From NCBI RefSeq assembly GCF_006345805.1, contig NC_043001.1:87606001-87670000 (forward strand): DNA of 64,000 nt. The letters are read 5' to 3'. Below the pieces are notes generated by a model, which did no database searches, was not told where the DNA came from, and saw only the letters and a list, made by a program, of their open reading frames with translations. The position numbers and the translations under genes are program-made. Numbering within the stretch: position 1 is the stretch's first letter; every line of letters starts with the position of its first letter. Below, in pieces: positions 49,851 to 60,179 of the stretch. The DNA comes from Octopus sinensis (Eukaryota).

Positions 49851-52800
49851 AAGTGTCAGTAGATTTTCTTGCTATGGTTAAAACTCCATTCTAACTAAAT
49901 GTAAATCACAGACATATTTCACTGTTGTAAGCAGGAGTATCCCTGGTTAACTGATGAGTATTTTGAAGGCTTGCAGTGCAGTTTCATTGACGACATCAGA
50001 CACACAGATCATCAGAGGAAGGAAGAGGTGTCATAATTTGCCTTATTCAGGTGGTGTGGATAGAGAATCAGACTGTCAGTAAATGGCTGATTACAATTTC
50101 CAATCTGCTGCCTGTTTTGATGCATCTCAGAGCAGACATATTACAGCTGTTCATTTAGAGCACAACAGGTTGTGAGATTAAGGTACAATGCTGAAGATCA
50201 CATGGTTATTAGTTCAGAACTCATTCCTATCATAGTTATGTGACACAATATCATTCTCAGATGCAGATACGACCATGTGCTTAAGGAGTTTGCTTCCCAA
50301 CCACATGCTACTGGGTTCAATTCTACTATATAGCACCTTGGGTCAGTATCTTTGACTACAGCCTTGGGCTGACCAAAGCCTTGTGAATGAATTTGGTAGA
50401 GATAGAAACTGAAAGAAGCCTAATGTGTGAGTTTCTTTCTCCCTCATCTTCACATATAATAACTTGTAAACAATGGTCTTACTGTCCACTGCGAAAACAT
50501 GTTTGAGCTTTGTGACATGTCTTCACATGAGATTTTTGTAAACAAAAGGCTCATTCGTAGTGCTGTTTGTTTCCAGTTCTTGACACAGCTCTGGGGTACC
50601 AGTTGTTTTAGACTGGAGGATTATTTTTCAGGTTACGTCCCCAAAGTCCATCCCCTCCTCGCCGTGGTGGGGACGCTGGCAATGGGTAGTGTCAGAGCTA
50701 TGCCGTCGGGAACTTCAGTTCCTGGTGGGGTCACCCAAGGCGGATTGGTCTGATACCAAGTGGTATTAGGGCCACAAACCGGCAGATGGGGCTCTGGTGA
50801 AAACCCTCGGAGTGCCCGCTTCGGCAACCGGCGGCTCCTCGGTTGTTCTGTCCCTGCATCTGCAGACAATCTGTGGCAAATAGGATGCCTCCACATGCAG
50901 GATTGTTGGGGACAGCTTGTAAAATCCACATATTCCCATGAAACTTCTTCCATGAGTAGAAGAAGCCGATTCAATCCGCCCAGGGTGAATGTCGCCACAA
51001 GACAAGACAAGAAGGGGAATTATTACCACGTTTAAAAACAAGTTGGAGTGTCAGGAAGGACATACAGCCATAGCTAACTCTACTCCAACATGTTGTCCGA
51101 CTCATACAAGCATGGGAAAGTAGACATTAAAACAATGTTGATGATGAGTTAACTAAGTTCCAGAGGTAATAGTTAGCAGTTTTATCCATCTGATCTACAA
51201 TTGCATGGATGAGACAGTTTATGTGTTGAAACAATTGTTAGTAAAGCTGAGTGGCAGTTGCTTTTAACCTTGACCCCCAAAACCTTGAGTAAAAGAGTGG
51301 AGCAAGTTTGAGGCAAATTGGAAGCGAGGTGTTCAGAAGATATAACAATCTCCAAACTTATGTCCACATGGTCAGTAATAAAGGGGTTTCATGTCAACCA
51401 ATGATTAAAACAAAAAATGAATAAAGCCTTATAAAAGGAGTGAGAAAAGGATACAATCACATTCATGTCAGGAAAATACTAAGTGTAAATAAAGCGAAAT
51501 TGTTTCAGCTGAGAAATCATATCACCTACAAAACTTTTTCATGGCCACAAGAGAAAGTACTGATTCATATAAATTGAGACAGACAACTAATTGTTTGAAG
51601 AGGAGAGGATATAGGGTTGGTCTAACTGATTCCAGCATTAATTTCAACTCAAGGTGATGAAAGATCAAATGGAGTATGTTGGGATGTAAATTATGGAAGA
51701 AAGGAAGGATGAAGTGCAGGCATGGCCATGGGGTTAAGAAGCTAGCTTTCCAACCATGTGGTCTTGGGGTTCAGTCCCACTTTGTAGCACCTTGGGCATA
51801 TATATTCTATTATACTCCCAGGCTGACCAAAGGCTTATGAGTGGATCTGGTATATGGAAATAGAAAGAAACCATTTTTGGGGTGTGTTTGTTTCTGTGTA
51901 CCCTTGTCTTGATGTGCTGATTGTAAATGAGCATCACAGTCATACAAGTGATGTTGTTTGTTTCAACTCTTCCATGAACAATATGTCTGGCTATGGGGAA
52001 ATATTTCCTTGTTTGAAAACAGGTGAGAGTTAGCAACAGGAAGAGCATCCAATTGCAGAAAATCTGTCTCAATGAACTTCATCTAACCTATGCAAGCATG
52101 CAAAAGTGAACATTAAACGATGATGATGAAATCAAATATTGTTCTTTCAATTATCAAAACGCAATCTGATCTGTTAAGTGAAAAACTTTTACAAGATGCA
52201 ACTGTAAAACCAGCCATCAAAAAAAGTTTACGTATGAAGACCGTGACAGATTTCTTCATTTGAAGTATGTCAAAAAGTTAACCTCTTAATAGCTGACAGG
52301 GATTAGTACCAATGAGTAAATGACAGCAGATTAGCATTGATAAATAGTGTAAAAACAGAAAAGTCTTCTAAACCATTAATTGTTTTACTTGGCACAGATT
52401 AGTCAGGTCAAACATTTGACCAAATAAGGCTGATTTCAACTAATGAATGAATGCCTTTTGTTTTATATCTCATCAATGGAGAAAGAACTGGTTTTTAACT
52501 CAGAAACAAGGATCTTTCATAAGAATTTATACATCAACTGGTTGATCTATGAATCTTTGCTCCCCCCCCCCCATTTATGCACACATACTCATACATGTTC
52601 TCATGTATACATCATTTTATTTGTACTTATCACATGCTAAAGTTCTAGAATGTTTTCATATTTCCACAGTTCCATTAATGGCCAGTAGCTGTAATTTCTA
52701 ACTTGTGCCTTTCCACGTTTTGTGAAGCCCAATTGCTCAAGATTGTTACTGAGGCTTTTAGTCACAAGTCCAGGCACCCAATAACTACAACTATAAACCT

Positions 52801-55800
52801 AAAGTTATAGTCTGGATAGAGTAATTATAGATTTCATGTTGGTTCATCCTATATATTTTCTTTTCCATTAATTTTTAAACTTTTCTTAAAATCAGTTGAC
52901 AACTGATTTCTACTGCTGTGCGCAATTTCATCATAATCAACGTTTCAAAACACAATCTGATCTGTTAAGCTTTAATTTCACTGAAATCTCAACAGGAACA
53001 TTCCCCTAGTACTTTCATCTGACGTGTGATAATGCTTTCCATGTAAAAAGCATCTAGTACACTCTATGGAGTGGTTGATGTTAGGAAGGGCATCCAGCCA
53101 TAGCAACCAAACCGAAATAGACAAACCTGTTGCAGCACTCTGGTTTACCAGTCCTAGTCAAACCGTCTAACCCATGCCAGAATGGAAAATGGACACTAAA
53201 TGATGATTAACTGTGTGCATGTATGTGTTATTTTCTCTTCCTGATAGGAATTTTAAAGTTTATTTTGGCCAGCCTCCTGCTTGGTAGCCTGGTTGTAAAG
53301 AAAATGATCCTGTTTTCTTCCTTCATGAAACAATTCAGCTTTTAAATTTAAAGATCTTGCATACATTTACTGTTCAAAATATTGTGATCATCTGTAGCTT
53401 ATGAATTATGGAACTGCATTTTCCCCCAAAAAAAACCCAAGTTCAAAACTTCATTACAAGCAGGTTGGTACATAAGCTGTTGGGTATAATACAAAAATTG
53501 TATTTGAGATACTGGATCTTCAAATTCCTCTTCAACAATTATCTTCTTTCTCTGGCATTTTTTCTTTCTTTCACATTTGTCAATTGACTTCCACAACAGA
53601 GCATATTTTCATTTTGTAGTCTCCAAATTAGGACACCTATTTTAATTTGGTTGATGTTTTTATTTTTAGATTCCACCAATATTCTTAAGATTCACTGGCT
53701 CCCTACCCCATATATTAACCATTAATTTTTTTATTTTGCCTTTTTATCTTCAGTTTATTCTAAATTATAGTTAACTACTTAATGACTCATGAGAAGGCAA
53801 TATCTAAAGATTCTTTCATGGCTAGCAACAACGCAACATGATTAATATCTTTGGTTTTAGTGTTACATAACCTACATTTGCTGTCAGCCTAGGATTTCTG
53901 TCTTTTGTGAAGAAAGTACTTAGTGGGGATTTTTTTTTTTAATTGTGGATTACATGGAAGTAACCTTCAAGTTGTGAAGTTATAAAATTGTCTCATTCAT
54001 TTCAGTCTTTTGTCATGATTTATTCCTTCTGTAGCTTGAGTGTTTTGCTTTAATTACCCATGTATAATCTACTCAATGAACTAATCTATGTTTTGATTTT
54101 CTAACAACGTTCAATAGTTACCCCCCCACCCAATGCACCTTGGAGAGAAAACTGTTGGTGTTTTTTTATTTCATGCCTTTCTTCAAGTTCATTGTAAATT
54201 CTGATGTCATTTTTATTCTATTTATTCTAATAAGCTTGGGTAAGCTTTTTTCTTTGCTGGAGATGCTGCTTCCGTTTGTGTGTGTATGGCTGAGATTTAT
54301 GTAAGTTCTCCCTGCCATCAACCCTCATTTGTTTCCAAGCAAGATAAAATTTCCTCATGGGTTGACTGTTTCACAGAAAATCAGAATTGACTAACATTAA
54401 GTGTACGATAGTGACTCATTTACAGCTATTGGGCAATGTCAAGACATCAAAACAAGGAGACACTAATACGCATGCATACACACACAATGGCCTGCTTTCA
54501 GTTTCTGTCTGCCAAGTCCGCTCACAATGATTTGGTTGGTCCAGTGTTATAGATAAAGACATTTGCCAGTGGTGTCATGCAGTGAGATTGAACCTGGAAT
54601 CACAGTTGGAAAACAAACTTAACCACACAACCATGCCTGTGTGTGTATGTGTGCATACACATTCAAACATGCATATATGCATGCAGACACACACACACAA
54701 AAGCATATATATGTACACACATATACGTATGACTGCACACATACATGAATCAGTAGATTGCAGATAAACTGGTCTTACCTCCATTGTTTATTTTAAAAAC
54801 ATTGTTTCCAATTTGTTTTAATATTTCGTCTACATACAGGTTACCTGTAGAAAATAGAAAATTAAATACATGTCAAGATTAATCAGCTCATATCAGAAAC
54901 AATAACAATACGATTAATTTATTTTGCCACAAGGACAATATTAAAATACCAGCAGTATCTTGTCTTTAAGTTTGACAGTCACAAATTTAGGAGGATATAT
55001 TTGCTGAAAACAGTCCTACCCATGGTTGGTACTTTGACTCTCCTTACCCACACAGAAAAATGTGTTTTAAAGATACAGTGGCAGAATTTGAACTCAAAAC
55101 ACAAACATACTTATATATTGCAAGGCAATTTTGTTTAGCTTTTGATTAAGCTATTTCACCTCCTTAATAAATTAAAATAATCCTTTTTACTATAGGCACA
55201 AAGCTTGAAACTTGTAGGGGAGAGGGCTAGTCATTGACCCTGAAAGGATGACAGGCAAAGATTGACTACAGCAGAATTTGAACTCAGAAAGTGAAACTGG
55301 AAGAAACATGGCCAAGCATTTTGCCCAGCATGCTAATGACCCTGCCAGCTTACTACCTTTATAGTAATAATAATCCTTTCTACTATAGGAACAAGACCTG
55401 AAAATTTTGGGGAGGGTGTTGGTTGATTACATCAACCACAGTACTCAAGTGGTACTTATTTTATTGACTTCGAAAAGATGAAAAGTAAAAATCGACCTCG
55501 GTGGAATTTGAACTCAGAACATCTTTAAGACAGATGAAATGCCACTAAGCATTTTGTCTGGCATTGCTAAAATGATTCGGCCAGCTTGCTGCTTTAATAC
55601 TTTCTACTATAGGTATAAGACATGTTCTTACAATTCTGCAACCTATTGCCTTAATAATAATAGTTTTTTTCTAATTTTGGCATAAGACCAGTAAATTGAG
55701 GGAATCCCTCTACTTGATTGGTACTTTGTTTTATCAATCTTGAAAGTATGAAAGGTAAGGTTGACCTCAACAAAGTTTGAAATCAGAATGTAAAGAGCCA

Positions 55801-58800
55801 GAAAAAAATACTGGAAAGCAACTTTTCTGATGCTATAATGATTTTGCTTACTCTTTTACTTGTTTCAGTCATTTGACTGTGGCCATGCTGGAGCACCGCC
55901 TTCAGTCAAGCAAATCGACCCCAGGACTTGTTGTTTGTAAGCCTAGTACTTATTCTATTGGTCTCTTTTGCTGAACCGCTAAGTTATGGGGACGTAAACA
56001 CACCAGCATCGGTTGTCAGGCGATGTTGGGGGGGACAAACACAGACACACAAACATATACACACACACATACATCCATACATACAACAGGCTTCTTTCAG
56101 TTTCTGCCTACCAAATCCACTCACAAGGCTTTGGTCAACCCGAAGCTATAGTAGAAGACACTTGCCCATGGTGCCACGCAGTGGGACTGAACCTGGAACC
56201 ATGTGGTTCATAAGCAAGCTACTTACCAGACAGCCACTCCTACACCTATGCTTGCTCATTAATCACTTTTAACTTAGCTACAGATATACATTTTGTGGGG
56301 ATGAGGAGGATATAATTGATTAGATTAATCTCAGTACTTGACTGATATGGCATTTAGCTAATCTGTATTAAAAATAGTTTACTTTATGGCAAAATAATAA
56401 AATATATTAGGATTTCTGATTTAAACACAAGGCTAGTAACTTGGAAGAGAAGTAGTTGATACCATCAGTCCCAATACTCACTAAGAGCACCTTATTTTAT
56501 CAATAGCAGAGGGACGAAAGGTCAAGTTGACCTGGGTAGGATTTGAACCTAGAATGTAAAGAGTTGGAATAAATACTACAAAGGATTTTTGCCCGATGTT
56601 CTAACAATTCCCCCAGCTTATCTTTTACTTGTTTCAGACATTGGATTGTGGCCATGCTGGGGTACCTCCTGGAAGGGTTTTAGTCAAAGAAATTGACATC
56701 CCTGTATGCATTTTGTATGTCTGGTAATTATTCTATTGTTCTCTTTTGCTGAATTGCTAAGTCATGGGACATAAACACTGGTTGTCAAACAGAAGGGAAG
56801 GAGACTAACATAGACACACATGATAGGCTTCCACACAGTTTCTATCTGCCAAATTCATTTACAAATACATTTATAGTCAAGAGCTATAGCAGAAAACACT
56901 TAGCCAAAATACTGTATAGTGAGGACTAACCTGAAACAACATGGTTGCAAAGCAAGCCTCTTAACTTCCCAGCCATGCCTCTGACTAAGTTCAAATAAAA
57001 CGTCTTATAATGTAACTAGCTGACCATGTGCCATCAATAATGATGGCTAATTGTAGTATCTCTCTCTATATAAACGGCAGTTTGTGTGTGCATTTTCTGT
57101 GTGTCTGTTTGCTTGTACCCTCACCCTAACCACGGCTTTCAACCGATTCTGATGAAACTTGACACACACATAGGCCAATGTCATAATTCAAAACTAACGC
57201 AGCGAAAATTTTGAAAAGTTCCCCCAGTTCTGAAAAAAATCGATAAATTCGACATGGGGTCGAGAATCAGAAACACAAACCGCAAACGGTCTAGGGGACG
57301 CAGCTCCACCTTTTTTAACTAAAAAAAAAATTTACCATCATTTTGTTCCATTTTTTGGCTATAACTCTAAAAATGCTTTATAGTTATTTCCCCTACAAAC
57401 CTGAGCAACGCCGGGCGATACTGCTAGTCTTATATATAAATAAGGTACATAATAATCACACAAACATTCACATACTTCCCTTGTACACATACATATACTC
57501 AGAATTGAAAAGCTGATTTATTTTTTCACCCCTTCCTTCCTTATTCATCTATCACCCCTTCCTTTCTCACTCCCTCTCAGTCAGAGCTATTACTCTCACT
57601 ACTTCTCCTTCACTGAACTACTATTTGCTCTCCACCTCCATGTCCAGTCAGATTCTGGACAAATACACACACACACACACACACACATATATAAAAACAC
57701 TATGCTCATTATTGTATTAGATGACAATTTTTTAAGGTTTGCAGTTATAGATGTCAATAATTAAGTGAAATCATCATCTCTATCACGAACCACTATACAC
57801 CATCACCATTATTAGCTATATATCTACAGGGCAGTGGATTGACAGAATCATTAAAACAGATAAAATGCCTTGCAGTATTTAGTTATAGCTCTTTACATTC
57901 TGAGTTCAAATCTCACTGAGGTAAATTTGCCTTTCATGCTTTTGGGGTTGATAAAATAACGTACAAATCAAATATGGGGGTGGGGGTTATGTCTTGACTA
58001 AACTCTTCCCTAAATTTCAAGCCTTGTACCTACACTATACTGAATTATTAAGCTATATGAATGATTTTTTTTCACCAAGAAACAAGTCTGAAGTTAATAG
58101 AGTCACCACCAACGTTGACCTAATCTCAATATTTTCTGACTGGTTTCACTCATTGGTTTTCACAGGGAACACAGTTGCTGAGCATTTTGACTCCACTACT
58201 TACTCTTGTACTCACTTTATTAATCTCTACTGAATGAGTTAACATTTTTATAGTTATATGTTTTGTTTCAGTCATGTGGCCATGCTGGGGCACTGCCTTG
58301 AATTTTAGTTGAATGAATTGACCCCAGTACTTATTTTTTTTGTAAAGCCTGATACTTATTCTATCAGTCCTTTTTGCTGATCTGCTAAGTTACAGAGACA
58401 AACACATGAACACCAGTTGTTGGTGGGGAACAAGCATATATACAAAAACACACATACATGACAGGCTTCTTTCAGTTTCCATCAACTAAATCCATTCACA
58501 AGGCATTGGTTGGCCTGAAGCTATAGAACACACTTGTTCAAGTGGGACTGAACCCAGAACTATGTGGTTGGTAAGTAAACTTCTTACCACACAGCCATGC
58601 CCTAGTCAACCCATTAACCAACAACCAACATTTAATATTCACCACCTCTCTTCCATTACAACCTCTATTACCATCATCTCCATCTTGCTCCTAGCACCAT
58701 TTCTCCCATCACATTCACACCTCTTGTCTTTCACCTTATTGGTCATCACTCTCTCCTATTCACCCTTTTGGTCATGTTTACTATGAGACAATAGAAATAA

Positions 58801-60136
58801 TATAGAGAAGAGTGGAATACTTTTGCAGGAGACAAAGCAACCTTTCTAGTGCTGCTATCATATCATCGTCCTCATCATTTAACGTCTGTTGTCCAAGCTG
58901 GCATGGGTTGGATGGTGTGACCAAAGCTGGCAAGCTGCTGGAGCTGCATCAGGCTCCCTGTCTGTTTTGGCATGGTTTCTATGGCTGGATGCCCTTTCTA
59001 ATGACAACCACTTTGCAAAGTGTGCTGGGCGCATTTATGTGGTGCTGCACAGGCATGTTTACATGGCACTGCACAGGTGCTTTTATGTGGCACTAAAATA
59101 CATTCTGCAGGAAGAATGATATTTAGCCACAGTGACCTGCTGTGCTTGAGGAGACCTATTGAGTCAAGTACATCAACATCAAAATAAAAATCAAATGGAA
59201 ATTGTAGTTGTGATACCCATGTTGGTGGCACGTAAAAAGCACCATCCAAATATGACTGATGCCAGCGCCGCCTTGACTGGTTTCCATGCCAGTGGCACGT
59301 AAAAAGCACCAACCGATCGTGGCTGTTGCCAGCCTCCCCTAGCATGTAAAAAGCACCCACTACACTCATGGAGTGGTTGGCGTTAGGAAGGGCATCCAGC
59401 TGTAGAAACACTGCCAGATCAGACTGGAGCCTGGTGCAGCTTCCTGGCTTCCCAGACCCTGGTCAAACCGTCCAACCCATGCTAGCATGGAAAATAGACG
59501 TTAAACGATGATGATGACGATGAAATGTGATCATCTGATCTTAATAGCAGGGCAGTAACTCTGGATAAAGACAGACTTGGAGTGTGATGACTCTATCCAT
59601 GCCAGCAGGGAAAGCAGATGTAAAATGATGGCACAAAAGTATTTGTAGGTTTCTCTCAAAATAGTTTTAGGGTTAAAATTCTCAGAATATGTAAATCCAA
59701 TGATTTTTACAATATATTTTGGATATTGATTTATATTTAAATAACCAGAGAAAGACAAAAAAAAAAAAACAAAAACTTTCTAATATAGAATTGCTCAATT
59801 CATATGCTATATGATTATACATAACATGTATAAAAATATAAAATATAATATAAATATATAACATAATGATATAAATGACATGTGTGTGTGTATGTGTTTA
59901 TGGCTGAGTATGTAAATCTTATCTTTTACTGGTTTCAATCATGACTGCAGCCATACTGGGACACAGCCTTGAAGGGTTTTAGTCGAACAAATTAACCCTA
60001 AGACATTTTAAAAAAATCAAGTACTTATTCTATTGGTGTCTTTTGCTGAACCGCCAAGTTACGGGGATGTAAACGCAACACTAGTTGTCAAGTGGTGGTG
60101 GGGGAACAAAGACACACACAGATATATACATATATA

Positions 60137-60179
<43 letters not shown>

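Noticed and set aside
49955-50030. CTGATGA motifs on both strands near a GAAA
   Set aside because: Stem II does not pair and the cleavage position would be G, so there is no valid hammerhead fold. Similar isolated CTGATGA hits near 19240, 25696, 34217, 60392 and 62692 also lack a matching GAAA or stems.
50636-50690. HDV-like ribozyme pattern on the plus strand (GTCCCCA/TGGGGAC P1, TCCTCG loop)
   Set aside because: P3 is mismatched, extra bases separate P2 and P3, P1.1 and J4/2 do not fit, and it is antisense to the inferred element orientation.
53399-53596. 65-aa ORF KKKCQRKKIIVEEEFEDP...
   Set aside because: No family motif recognised, and it is not needed for the syntaxin model.
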